Positions 55,549 through 64,000 of a DNA stretch of 64,000 nucleotides are shown piece after piece (position 1 is the first letter of the stretch; each line of letters opens with the position of its first letter). The stretch comes from Gemmatimonadota bacterium (GTDB lineage: Bacteria > Gemmatimonadota > Gemmatimonadetes > Gemmatimonadales > GWC2-71-9). A model generated the notes under the pieces. The model made no database searches. It saw nothing but the letters and a program-made list of their open reading frames with translations, and was not told where the DNA came from. The stretch covers positions 68,345-132,344 of the forward strand of contig SHZU01000001.1 of NCBI GenBank assembly GCA_009692115.1, read 5' to 3'. The position numbers and the translations under genes are program-made.

Positions 55549-56559
55549 ATGAGCCAAGACGGCGAGCGGGCTTCCGACCGAACCTTGGTCATCCAGACCG
55601 CATTCTTGGGCGATGTGGTGTTGACCACCGGCCTCTTGTCGGCGCTGGCTGCCGAGCACGGTCCGGTGGATGTCTTGGTCACCCCGGCGGCCCATCCCCT
55701 TGTCGTCACCCATCCGGCGGTTCGGAAGGCACTCACCTACGACAAGCGCGGCAAAGACCGAGGGTTCGCGGCCTGGGGACGTTTGGCCCGAGCCCTGGCG
55801 GCCGAACAGTATGCCCGGGTCTATCTCCCCCACCGGTCGTTCCGATCGGCCACCCTGGCGCGGGCCGCCAAGATCCCGATCCGAATCGGCTTTGCCGGCG
55901 GGGCCGCGGCCCTGTGGTACACGGTCCGGGTGCCGAGACCAGTCGGCGGACATGAGGCCGAGCGGCTGCTGGCCCTGGCGGTGCCGGCCACCGGGCGAAC
56001 GGCAACAATCCGAGTGGAACTGACCGAGGACGACCGAGCCGAGGCGTATGCGTGGCTCGCCTCCCGGGGCATTGGTGATGGCTTCGTGGCCGCCGCGCCG
56101 GGGTCGATTTGGGGAACTAAACGGTGGCCCGGGTTCGGGGATCTGGCTCGACTGCTGCCGGGGCGGATCGTGGTGATCGGCGGGCCGGACGACCAGGAAG
56201 CCGCCCAGGTGGTGGTCGACGCCGCCCCGGACCGGGTGGCCAGCGCCGCGGGGGCGGTGTCCCTCCGGGTGTCAGCGGCCATCCTCGAGCGGGCCGGGGT
56301 CCTGGTGACGAACGACTCCGCCCCGCTCCACCTCGCGAGCGCGACGGGCACCCCGACCGTGGCCATCTTCGGACCGACCACCCCGGCGCTCGGGTTTGGC
56401 CCCCGGGCCCCCCAGGCGGCGATCATCGAGCGGACCGACTTGGGGTGCCGCCCCTGCTCCGACCACGGGCCGGTCCGCTGCCCGCTTGGTCATCATCGCT
56501 GTATGCGCGAGATTCCGGCCACTATGGTTCGAGACACCATCCTGGCACTGGTCCGATAG
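55549..56559 (+). CDS. Glycosyltransferase family 9 (LPS heptosyltransferase-like)
   Basis: LVIQTAFLGDVVLTTGLL N-terminus. NDSAPLHLA and FGPT...CRPCS...CP motifs. Confidence 0.75.
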   Translation: MSQDGERASDRTLVIQTAFLGDVVLTTGLLSALAAEHGPVDVLVTPAAHPLVVTHPAVRKALTYDKRGKDRGFAAWGRLARALAAEQYARVYLPHRSFRSATLARAAKIPIRIGFAGGAAALWYTVRVPRPVGGHEAERLLALAVPATGRTATIRVELTEDDRAEAYAWLASRGIGDGFVAAAPGSIWGTKRWPGFGDLARLLPGRIVVIGGPDDQEAAQVVVDAAPDRVASAAGAVSLRVSAAILERAGVLVTNDSAPLHLASATGTPTVAIFGPTTPALGFGPRAPQAAIIERTDLGCRPCSDHGPVRCPLGHHRCMREIPATMVRDTILALVR

Positions 56560-56562
56560 CCG

Positions 56563-57531
56563 ATGCGATACGTCATGGGAGTCGACATTGGCGGCACCAA
56601 CCTCGTGGTGGGGGCGGTGGTCGCGGACGGTGGCCGGGTCGTCGGGCTCCGGACCGAACCGACCGGCGCCACCCACGGGGCCGAGAGCGTCATCGACCGG
56701 ATCGTCGCGATGGCCCGGGCCACGATGGCAGACACCCGGCGGATCGATCCCAACGCGGAGTTCGACGGCGTCGGGATCGGATCGCCGGGGCCGCTCAACC
56801 GCACGACCGGGATCGTGATTCTGACCCCGAACCTCGGCTGGGTCGACATGCCGGTCCGCGACCGGATCGGCACCGCCCTCGGCCTGCCGGCCTGGCTCGA
56901 CAACGACGCCAACTGCGCCATGGCCGGCGAATGGTGGGTCGGGGCCGCGAAGGGCGCCCGTCACGCCGTGACGTTCACGTTAGGCACCGGCATCGGCGGT
57001 GGGATCGTCATCGACGGCCGCCTCCTCCATGGGGCATCGGACGTCGCGGCGGAAATCGGCCATATCACGATCGAGACCAACGGCCGGCGGTGCGGCTGCG
57101 GGAACGATGGTTGCCTCGAAGCCTATGCCTCCGGACCCGCGATTGCCCGGCGGGCCCTCGAGATGATCGAGGCCGGCGCAGAATCATCGATTCCGTCGCT
57201 GGTTGGCGGCGTGCTGGCCCGGATCGGTGCCGAGACCGTTTATGCGGCGGCCGCGACCGGGGATCCCTTGGCCCTCGAAGTCGTCCAGGACACGGCCAAG
57301 TATCTTGGGGTCGGGGTCGCGAACCTGATCAACATCTTGAACCCCGAAGTCGTGGTCATTTGCGGTGGGGTGACCCAAGCCGGAGACCGCCTGTTCACAC
57401 CGTTGCGGCGCGAGGTGGCGCGGCGGGCGTTCCGGCCGGCGGTGCAAGCCTGCCGGATCGTGCCGGGTCTCCTGCCGGGAACGGCCGGGGTCGTGGGGGC
57501 GGCCAAGGTCTTCCTCGATGCCCACCCGTAA
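56563..57531 (+). CDS. ROK-family sugar kinase (glucokinase-like)
   Basis: GVDIGGTN ATP motif and the ROK zinc motif CGCGNDGCLEAY. Confidence 0.8.
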   Translation: MRYVMGVDIGGTNLVVGAVVADGGRVVGLRTEPTGATHGAESVIDRIVAMARATMADTRRIDPNAEFDGVGIGSPGPLNRTTGIVILTPNLGWVDMPVRDRIGTALGLPAWLDNDANCAMAGEWWVGAAKGARHAVTFTLGTGIGGGIVIDGRLLHGASDVAAEIGHITIETNGRRCGCGNDGCLEAYASGPAIARRALEMIEAGAESSIPSLVGGVLARIGAETVYAAAATGDPLALEVVQDTAKYLGVGVANLINILNPEVVVICGGVTQAGDRLFTPLRREVARRAFRPAVQACRIVPGLLPGTAGVVGAAKVFLDAHP

Positions 57532-58480
57532 GCTCGGCGTGCTCGGGTCGCTCGTCTGGGACGAGATCCACGGCCGCGACCCCCTCATTCCGGTCGCCGA
57601 GGAGTGGGGCGGGATTGCCTACGCCTTGGCCGGGTTTGACGCCGCGTTGAGCGAGGACTGGGACATCGTCCCCTTGGTCAAGGTGGGACGCGACTTGGCC
57701 GGTCCGGCGGAGGCGTTTCTGCGGACCCTTAGCCACCGGAGTCCGACCGCCCGGTTTCTCGAAGTCCCGACCCCCAACAACCGGGTCGTCCTTCGGTATC
57801 ATTCGGCGGAGCGACGGTGCGAACGGATGTCGGGCGGTGTTCCGGGGTGGACCTGGGCGGAACTCGGGCCCTTGGTCATGGATCTTGACGCGGTCTACGT
57901 CAACTTCATCTCCGGGTTCGAGATGTGCCTGGGCACGGCCTCGGCCTTGCGGGACGGTTTTGCCGGGCCGATCTATGCCGACCTCCACAGCTTGCTTCTC
58001 GGGATGGGAGGCGACGGATTGCGAAGCCTTCAGCCGCTCCCCGATGCGCCGAACTGGTTTCGATGCTTCGATTTGCTCCAGGTCAACGAGGACGAAATGG
58101 CGCAACTGTCCACCGACCCCCTCGGACTCGCGAGCGCCGTCTTGGGCGCGGGGGCGTCGGCCCTACTGGTCACGTTAGGTCCCCGCGGGGCCGCCTATGT
58201 CGCGGCGCCCGGGTTCGACCGCCTGGCCGATCGGTCCGAGCGATCGAACGGGCGGGCCGGTACGGTGCGCACGGCGCGGATCGACGCCGCCCCGGTCGAC
58301 GCCACCGACCCCACCGGATGCGGCGACGTGTTCGGCGCCACGGTCTTTGCCGGTCTGCTCCGGGGCGAAACTCTCGAAGCGAGTGTCGACGCTGGAAATC
58401 GGGCCGCCGGGCGGAACGCGACGTTCCGAGGCGCTTCGGCACTGAACCATCATCTTCGAGGGTCGTTGCTCACTCTATGA
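57518..58480 (+). CDS. PfkB-family carbohydrate kinase
   Basis: C-terminal DPTGCGDVFGA (the DTxGAGD-type anion hole). It overlaps the ROK gene by 14 nt. Confidence 0.7.
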   Translation: MPTRKLGVLGSLVWDEIHGRDPLIPVAEEWGGIAYALAGFDAALSEDWDIVPLVKVGRDLAGPAEAFLRTLSHRSPTARFLEVPTPNNRVVLRYHSAERRCERMSGGVPGWTWAELGPLVMDLDAVYVNFISGFEMCLGTASALRDGFAGPIYADLHSLLLGMGGDGLRSLQPLPDAPNWFRCFDLLQVNEDEMAQLSTDPLGLASAVLGAGASALLVTLGPRGAAYVAAPGFDRLADRSERSNGRAGTVRTARIDAAPVDATDPTGCGDVFGATVFAGLLRGETLEASVDAGNRAAGRNATFRGASALNHHLRGSLLTL

Positions 58481-59382
58481 TTCATGTCGTGCCGGTGCCG
58501 GCCAGTCTCGACGACCGAAGCCTCGACGCCTTGGCGCAGGCGCTTCCGAGTTGGCCCCCTCCCGCGGAGCGGCTACTCATCGATGCCCGGGGCACGACGT
58601 GGGCTTCCCCCTATGGGCTCACCTCGTTGCTGACCCTCGGCCAGGCCATGAAGGAGCTCAATGCGCCGACGCCGCGACTGGCGGTTCCCGACAGCCACGA
58701 AACCCGGAGCTACTGGACCCGGATCGGCTTCTTCCACCACGCCGCCGAGTATTTCGACCTCGTCGGCAAGGTCCCGAAGCGTCCGGGCGAAGCACCCTCG
58801 GACGTCTTGGTGCCGGTCACCGCCATTCGGGCCGCCTCCGACGTCCATGAGGTCGTGGGCCGAATCCAAGAAGGGGCCACCCGAATCCTGACCTCGGAGC
58901 TCAAGCTCGAGGCCAAAGCCACCATGGGGTTTGCCATGGCACTCTCGGAGGCCTGCCAGAATGTGGTCGAGCACGCCGGCACCGGCGGATGGGTGGCGGT
59001 CCAAACCTACTTTTGGAAGCGGCGGCTGGGCCGCAAAGTGGCGGTCATCTCGGTCAGCGATGCGGGCGTGGGGTTCCGCCGGTCGCTCGAGAGTTCCGAG
59101 GCCAAGAAGGTCGGCGACCGCTGGGGCGATGCGGCCGCCATCGAATCGGCGCTGCTCCACGGGGTGAGTCGGTTCCGGGATGCCGGTCGGGGCCAGGGCT
59201 TGGCGGGGATCAAGCGCTACCTCGTCCGCTGGCAAGGGAAGATCTTGATCCGAAGCGGGACGGCCCGGGTCTCGGTGCGCCCGGAGTGGGATGACGACGT
59301 GCCCCTCGCGGAGCACCTCGCGTTCTTCCCCGGCTCGCAATTGCAGATCACCATCCCGGCTCAGGAGGCCTCGGCCCGATGA
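58477..59382 (+). CDS. HATPase_c (GHKL) ATP-binding protein with an N-terminal STAS-like region (RsbW/SpoIIAB-like)
   Basis: ATG at 58477 overlaps the upstream TGA. N-terminal motif ERLLIDARGTTWASPYGLTSLLTLG. N-box SEACQNVVEHAG, G1 VSDAGVGF, G2 GRGQGLAGI. Confidence 0.65.
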   Translation: MIHVVPVPASLDDRSLDALAQALPSWPPPAERLLIDARGTTWASPYGLTSLLTLGQAMKELNAPTPRLAVPDSHETRSYWTRIGFFHHAAEYFDLVGKVPKRPGEAPSDVLVPVTAIRAASDVHEVVGRIQEGATRILTSELKLEAKATMGFAMALSEACQNVVEHAGTGGWVAVQTYFWKRRLGRKVAVISVSDAGVGFRRSLESSEAKKVGDRWGDAAAIESALLHGVSRFRDAGRGQGLAGIKRYLVRWQGKILIRSGTARVSVRPEWDDDVPLAEHLAFFPGSQLQITIPAQEASAR

Positions 59383-59921
59383 GAGACCGGATCGATCTCG
59401 CGCTGCTGCTCCGGGAGGTCGTGAGCACACCCTACTCCAATCTGGTGACCCGGCCGACGGGAGTCTCGGTCCGGCAGCGGATCGAAGCGCAGATCGCGGC
59501 GAGTCCTCATCCAACCGCCCAGCTCGATTTCGGCGCGATCGGCTTGCTCGACTTCAGTTGCGCCGACGAAATCGTCGCCAAGCTCCTCCTCAACAGTGAT
59601 GTCGAGCGGCCTCGATTCGTGGTGCTCGTGAACGTCTCGGAAGCCCAAGTCGAGGCCATCGACCATGTCTTGGTCACCCATCGGCTGACCATCATTGCCG
59701 TGATGGCCGGAGCCGCGGCCCCCCGAATCATCGGGTGGCAATCGCCGGACTTACTGGCGGCCTTCGAGGCGGTCGTGGCCCTCGGGGCTGGCGACTCGGG
59801 CCGAGTGGCCGATGCCCTCGGCTGGACCATCGAGCGAGCGGCCGATGCCCTCCAATCGCTCGCGCTTCGCCGGGTGGTGCAGGCCGCCTCCGGAACCTTT
59901 TGCCCCCTCCCGCTCCTATGA
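59379..59921 (+). CDS. STAS-like (DUF4325-type) domain protein with a C-terminal wHTH-like domain
   Basis: The ATGA overlaps the upstream gene. TRPTGVSVRQRIEAQI...AQLDFGAIGLLDFSCADEIVAKLL fits the DUF4325 pattern (G..iR..i....v.lDF.gv...s.SFadE). The C-terminal region DSGRVADALGWTIERAADALQSLALRRVV is wHTH-like. Confidence 0.6.
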   Translation: MRDRIDLALLLREVVSTPYSNLVTRPTGVSVRQRIEAQIAASPHPTAQLDFGAIGLLDFSCADEIVAKLLLNSDVERPRFVVLVNVSEAQVEAIDHVLVTHRLTIIAVMAGAAAPRIIGWQSPDLLAAFEAVVALGAGDSGRVADALGWTIERAADALQSLALRRVVQAASGTFCPLPLL

Positions 59922-61075
59922 CGACACCGCGCCCCGGTCGCTCCACGATTGCCGTGCATGGCCCGCTCGAACGGCGTCACCCCGATGAACCGGTGGTCCA
60001 ACCGGTCTATCAGAGTACGACGTACGTGAACGAGATCGGCGCCAACCGCGAAGTGAAGTACGAGCGCTACGGCAACAGCCCGAACCAGCTCGCGGTTGCC
60101 GCCAAGTACGCGATCCTCGAGAAGGCCGAAGCGGCCGTCTTTCTCGCCAGCGGAATGGCGGCGACCGCGATGGCCCACTTGGCGGTCCTCCGTCCCGGCG
60201 ACCACCTGATTGCCAGCCGGTGGATTTATGGCGGGACCCGGCGATTGTTCGACGAGGAGCTCGACCGATTCGGGATTGCCGTGACGTACGTCGAGCCGAC
60301 CCAGCCGCGGGCCTGGCGCCGGGCCATTCGGAAAACGACCCGGGCCATCTTCTTCGAATCGCCGACCAATCCCGTGATGCGGGTGGTCGACCCGGTCCCG
60401 GTCGCTTCGATTGCCAAGGAGTATGGGTTTGCGCTGCTGGTCGACAGCACCTTTGCGTCACCGATCAATTTTCGTCCCCTGGAACACGGGGCGGATGTGG
60501 TCATCACCAGCGCCACCAAATCCCTCAACGGACACTCCGACGTCACGGCCGGTGCCGTTGCCGGCACCCAGTCGGTGGTCGATGAAGTCACCCGGCTCTC
60601 TCGCCTCTGGGGACCCTGCATTGACTCGCACGCCGCTTGGCTGCTCGACCGGGGCATGAAGACGCTCTCGCTCCGGGTGGCCCGGCAGAACACCAACGGG
60701 ATGGCGGTGGCCACCTGGGCCGAGGGCCAGCCAGAGATCGCGGAGGTGCGCTACCCCGGGCTCCCGTCCCATCCGGATCACGGCATTGCCACCCGGGTCC
60801 TCGACGGATTCGGCGGCATGGTCGGACTCGTCGTTCGGGGTGGTGCCGGTGGAGCCGAGCGGTTTCTCCGCCGCCTTCGGCTCGTCACCCACGCCCCAAG
60901 CCTTGCCGGCGTGGAGAGCCTGGTGTCCGAGCCCCGGATCACGTCGCACGCCTCGCTGACGCCCGAGCAGCGGGCGGAACAAGGGATTCCGGACGGATTC
61001 GTCCGGCTGAGTTGCGGCATCGAGGACACCGCCGATATCGTCGACGACCTGCGCCAGGCGCTTGAAGGACTATGA
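59918..61075 (+). CDS. Cys/Met-metabolism PLP enzyme (cystathionine gamma-synthase / beta-lyase family)
   Basis: The ATG at 59918 overlaps the upstream TGA. PLP-Lys motif SATKSLNGHSD. C-terminal end GFVRLSCGIEDTADIVDDL. Confidence 0.8.
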   Translation: MTTPRPGRSTIAVHGPLERRHPDEPVVQPVYQSTTYVNEIGANREVKYERYGNSPNQLAVAAKYAILEKAEAAVFLASGMAATAMAHLAVLRPGDHLIASRWIYGGTRRLFDEELDRFGIAVTYVEPTQPRAWRRAIRKTTRAIFFESPTNPVMRVVDPVPVASIAKEYGFALLVDSTFASPINFRPLEHGADVVITSATKSLNGHSDVTAGAVAGTQSVVDEVTRLSRLWGPCIDSHAAWLLDRGMKTLSLRVARQNTNGMAVATWAEGQPEIAEVRYPGLPSHPDHGIATRVLDGFGGMVGLVVRGGAGGAERFLRRLRLVTHAPSLAGVESLVSEPRITSHASLTPEQRAEQGIPDGFVRLSCGIEDTADIVDDLRQALEGL

Positions 61076-61758
61076 TTCGATTCAACCACGTTTCAAAGAC
61101 GTACCCGAATGGCGTCGTCGGCCTGAAGGATGTCTCGTTCCAGGTTCCGAAGGGCCAGTTCGTCTTTCTCACCGGTCATTCCGGCGCCGGGAAGTCCTCG
61201 ATCCTCTCGCTGGTCCTAGCCGAGCAAAAGCCGACCGAAGGGGACGTTCGCGTTTCGGGCTACCAGATCGCGAAGCTGACGACCCACGAAGTTCCCAGGC
61301 TCCGACGCCGGCTCGGCATCGTCTTCCAGGATTTTCGACTCCTCGAGTCTCACACGGTCGAAGAGAACGTCGCCGTCGCCCTCGAGGTCACCGGCGCCCG
61401 CCGGGAAACGATTCCCAACCGCGTCATGCGGGCCCTGACCCAGGTTGGCTTGGCGTCGAAGGCCCGGGCCTATCCCAAAGAGTTGTCCGGCGGGGAGCAG
61501 CAGCGAGTGGCCGTTGCCCGCGCCCTCATCAACGATCCCCACATCCTGATCGCCGATGAACCGACCGGGAACTTGGACGAACGAGCGACGCGGGGGGTCT
61601 TTCAGCTCTTGCAGGAGATCAACGCCGGAGGAACGGTCGTGGTAATGGCGACGCACAACATGGAGTTGGTTCGCGGCACCGGATACCGCACCATCGAGTT
61701 GCGGGGCGGCCGGATCGTGTTCGATAGCGGCGTCGACGAGGAAGGAGCGACCCGGTGA
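61072..61758 (+). CDS. ftsE: Cell-division ABC ATPase FtsE
   Basis: [38 protein letters not shown]. It is followed by ftsX. Confidence 0.85.
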   Translation: MIRFNHVSKTYPNGVVGLKDVSFQVPKGQFVFLTGHSGAGKSSILSLVLAEQKPTEGDVRVSGYQIAKLTTHEVPRLRRRLGIVFQDFRLLESHTVEENVAVALEVTGARRETIPNRVMRALTQVGLASKARAYPKELSGGEQQRVAVARALINDPHILIADEPTGNLDERATRGVFQLLQEINAGGTVVVMATHNMELVRGTGYRTIELRGGRIVFDSGVDEEGATR

Positions 61759-62630
61759 AGCATCGCACCCCGATTCGCGAAGCGGCCATGACCTTTAAGC
61801 GAACCCCGCTCCTCTCCGGGCTCTCGATCGCGTCGATCGGTTTTTCGCTGTTCACCATCGGCCTTTTTGCCCTGGTGGCGATCAATTTCCGGAAAGCCCT
61901 GGCCACCCTGGCCGAACGGGTGGAGGTCGTGGCGTTCGTACTCCGGGGCACCCCGACCGAAACGATCAGCCAGGCGGCCCAGGACATTTCAGCCTTTCCC
62001 GAGGTCCTCGAGACCCGGTTCGTCAACGCGGACGAGGCGCTGTCGCGGGCCCGCCGCGAACTCGTGGAGTTCAAAGAGGCGTACCGCGATTTGCAAGTGA
62101 ATCCGCTACCGGGGTCATTAGAAGTCCGGCTCCGGCCGGAATTCCGAGATGCCGAGCACGCCCGAGCCGTCGCGGAGCGGCTTCGGGGGTTCCCTTTCGT
62201 CGAGGACGTCCGGTACGGTCGAGATTGGGTCGAGCGGCTCGACCGCCTCCGCAACATGGCGACCGCCGTCGGGGCGGTCATCGGTTTGGCATTTGCCGCG
62301 GTCGCGATCGTAATCATCGGGGTCACGATCCGGATTACCGTGCTCCAAAGGGCCAAGGAAATTTCAATTATGCGGCTCCTGGGGGCGACCAACGGGTACA
62401 TCCGGGGGCCGTTCTTGATCGAGGGCGCCATCAAGGGCGTGGCGGGTGGTCTCCTGGCCATCCTGATGTGCTGGATCACCTTCACCCTGTTCAAGCGCAC
62501 CGCCTCGGACACCGGGGCCACTCTGGTCTTTTTCGGTGCCTTCCAGATGCTGATGATCGTCGGGTTCGGCACGACGATCGGGCTGGGGGGCAGCGTCTTG
62601 TCGGTCGGGAGACATCTCCGGAATGTCTAG
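61755..62630 (+). CDS. ftsX: Cell-division permease-like protein FtsX
   Basis: GTGA overlap with ftsE. One N-terminal TM, a periplasmic domain and three C-terminal TM segments (FtsX-like permease). Confidence 0.8.
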   Translation: MKHRTPIREAAMTFKRTPLLSGLSIASIGFSLFTIGLFALVAINFRKALATLAERVEVVAFVLRGTPTETISQAAQDISAFPEVLETRFVNADEALSRARRELVEFKEAYRDLQVNPLPGSLEVRLRPEFRDAEHARAVAERLRGFPFVEDVRYGRDWVERLDRLRNMATAVGAVIGLAFAAVAIVIIGVTIRITVLQRAKEISIMRLLGATNGYIRGPFLIEGAIKGVAGGLLAILMCWITFTLFKRTASDTGATLVFFGAFQMLMIVGFGTTIGLGGSVLSVGRHLRNV

Positions 62631-63840
62631 GGTGGCCGGCCCCAGGCTCCTTGCCACTCTTGCGGTCGCCTTACTGGCCGTCAGCGGACCCGCTTCGTTG
62701 GCCGGACAGCAACCGGCGGACCTCGAGAAGAGCCGGCAGCGGTTGGAGCAGATCCGCGCCGAGCGGGACCGGCTCCGCCAGAATCAAGAGCGGCTCCAGG
62801 GCCAGGTCCGTGATGCCGGCCGGGAGCTCGACAATTTGGAGCGGCAGCGGGAAACCGCCAATCGGATCGTCAACGAATTGGAACGGCAGATCGGGGGCCT
62901 CGGGGGTCAGCTCGACAATACCAGCGTCCAGCTGACCTTGACCGAGGACAACCTGGCCGACCGCCGGGCGGTACTGGAGCGCCGGCTGGTCGACATTTAC
63001 AAGCGGGGGGCGCTCTACACATTCCAAGTGCTGCTGGCCGCGGAGTCCTTTTCCGACCTCCTGTCTCGCTACAAGTACCTGTTCCTCTCGAGCCGGCAAG
63101 ATCGCGCGCTGCTGACCGATGTCGAGCGGCTTCGCAATCGGATTCAATCGCAGCGCGAGGAATTGATCATCGTCCAGGAGCAGCTCGATCGGCGCCGCGC
63201 CGAACGTGAAGCCGAGCTTTGGAGCTATAAGACCCTGGCGAAGGACCGAACCGCCCAGATTCGGCGGCTTCGCCAGAACACCCAGACCACGGCCCGCCGG
63301 CTTTCGGTCCTGGCAAAAAGCGAGGACGATCTGATCGACGTGCTCGCGGCGCTGGAGCGAAACCGCCGAAGCGCACCGGGCCGGACTCCCGCGAGCCCGG
63401 GCGCAACACCAACCCCCCGGTCACTCGGGGTGTCCACCGCCGAACTCGGAACCTTGGACTGGCCGGTGCAAGGCCGGATCATCCACGACTTCGGCCCCGA
63501 TACCTTGGCCAGTGGCGGCCGGATTACCCGCCACGGGATCTCTGTTGCCGCCACCTCGGGCACCCCGGTCACGGCCGTGTCGGCCGGGCGGGTGGTGCTG
63601 GTCCAGCGGCTGGGAACCTATGGCCTGTCGGTCATCGTCGAGCACCCGAGCGGATACTTCTCCCTCTACATGCAACTCTCGAGCACCGCCGTCCAAGTGA
63701 ACGCAGCCGTCACCAAAGGCCAGCGGATCGGGTCGGTTGGCGGGGAGAACTCGGACGACGGGGCCCATCTCTATTTCGAAATTCGAGGCGACAACCAGAT
63801 CGCCCTCGATCCGACCGACTGGCTCCGGCGCCGCCGTTAG
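62623..63840 (+). CDS. EnvC-like coiled-coil / M23 (LytM) peptidase-domain protein
   Basis: Signal peptide, then about 230 aa of coiled coil (QRLEQIRAERDRLRQNQERLQ...). C-terminal LytM domain GISVAATSGTPVTAVSAGRVV...HLYFEIR. Confidence 0.8.
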   Translation: MSRVAGPRLLATLAVALLAVSGPASLAGQQPADLEKSRQRLEQIRAERDRLRQNQERLQGQVRDAGRELDNLERQRETANRIVNELERQIGGLGGQLDNTSVQLTLTEDNLADRRAVLERRLVDIYKRGALYTFQVLLAAESFSDLLSRYKYLFLSSRQDRALLTDVERLRNRIQSQREELIIVQEQLDRRRAEREAELWSYKTLAKDRTAQIRRLRQNTQTTARRLSVLAKSEDDLIDVLAALERNRRSAPGRTPASPGATPTPRSLGVSTAELGTLDWPVQGRIIHDFGPDTLASGGRITRHGISVAATSGTPVTAVSAGRVVLVQRLGTYGLSVIVEHPSGYFSLYMQLSSTAVQVNAAVTKGQRIGSVGGENSDDGAHLYFEIRGDNQIALDPTDWLRRRR

Positions 63841-64000
63841 GCGGCCACCTCAGGACTGGGGTGCTTTCGGGCCACGAGGTCCGCCTCCGCGCGAGCCAGC
63901 ACGTCCTCGGGGCTCAAGAGCCCCGAGCCCGGATAGCCGACCCATCCCGCGGTGACGCCGACCGGGGCGCTGTCCCCTTCGCCGAAGCTGTGGGCGGCGA
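63837..64000 (-). CDS. 3' end of an unidentified gene that continues beyond the window
   Basis: GC3-rich open frame ...AAHSFGEGDSAPVGVTAGWVGYPGSGLLSPEDVLARAEADLVARKHPSPEVAA ending in TAA at 63837-63839. It is absent from the track because no start lies in the window. Confidence 0.4.
   Translation of the reverse strand, partial: AAHSFGEGDSAPVGVTAGWVGYPGSGLLSPEDVLARAEADLVARKHPSPEVAA

Noticed and set aside
56124-57650. 508-aa plus-strand ORF in an alternative frame across the GT9/ROK genes
   Set aside because: It is an Arg/Gly/Pro-rich out-of-frame translation. The GT9 and ROK frames carry diagnostic motifs (CGCGNDGC, DIGGTN).
57925-58476. N-terminal 184-aa extension of the track ORF 57925..59382
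   Set aside because: The extension is the out-of-frame overlap with the PfkB gene and is R/G-rich. The ATG at 58477 coincides with the PfkB stop (ATGA) and begins the recognisable domain.

Overview
This is a 64-kb, high-GC bacterial chromosomal segment, roughly two-thirds G+C by eye. The gene content (a high-GC SusC/SusD pair, BatA/DUF58 genes, many exported peptidases) looks Gemmatimonadota-like, but that assignment is inference only. I call about 58 protein-coding genes or pseudogenes, one tRNA-Ile(GAT), and several repeat and regulatory elements. (i) 1-26 kb: GntR plus SusC/SusD, followed by a dense set of exported peptidases and amidohydrolases (S10, S15, class-A and S12 beta-lactamase folds, M19, S9 DPP-IV, two HxH amidohydrolases) and no glycoside hydrolase. 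This looks like a peptide-utilisation locus. (ii) 26.1-35.2 kb: a decayed accessory region. It starts with gene fragments, then two tandem mini-islands bounded by three perfect 42-nt copies of the 3' part of tRNA-Ile. The islands carry a sortilin/BNR protein, a fatty-acid-hydroxylase-family membrane enzyme, a G8/CEMIP-like beta-helix lipoprotein and a truncated low-GC tyrosine integrase. (iii) 35.3-64 kb: mostly housekeeping genes (typA, CDF, CNNM, pdxA, surA-like, ppiC, mfd, BatA/DUF58, M28, two EamA, lepA, GT9-ROK-PfkB, a trans-sulfuration enzyme, ftsEX-envC). An uncharacterised HATPase plus STAS-like/wHTH gene pair is embedded in a translationally coupled supra-operon here. Other observations: a heptamer (CTCGGCR)n repeat family at three loci, three single-base frame disruptions, a 50% Asp/Glu 72-aa ORF next to typA, and a recurrent CG-TTA-GG codon context. 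Most long ORFs antisense to the called genes are GC-driven shadow ORFs. All family assignments rest on motif recognition by eye; no database search was run.
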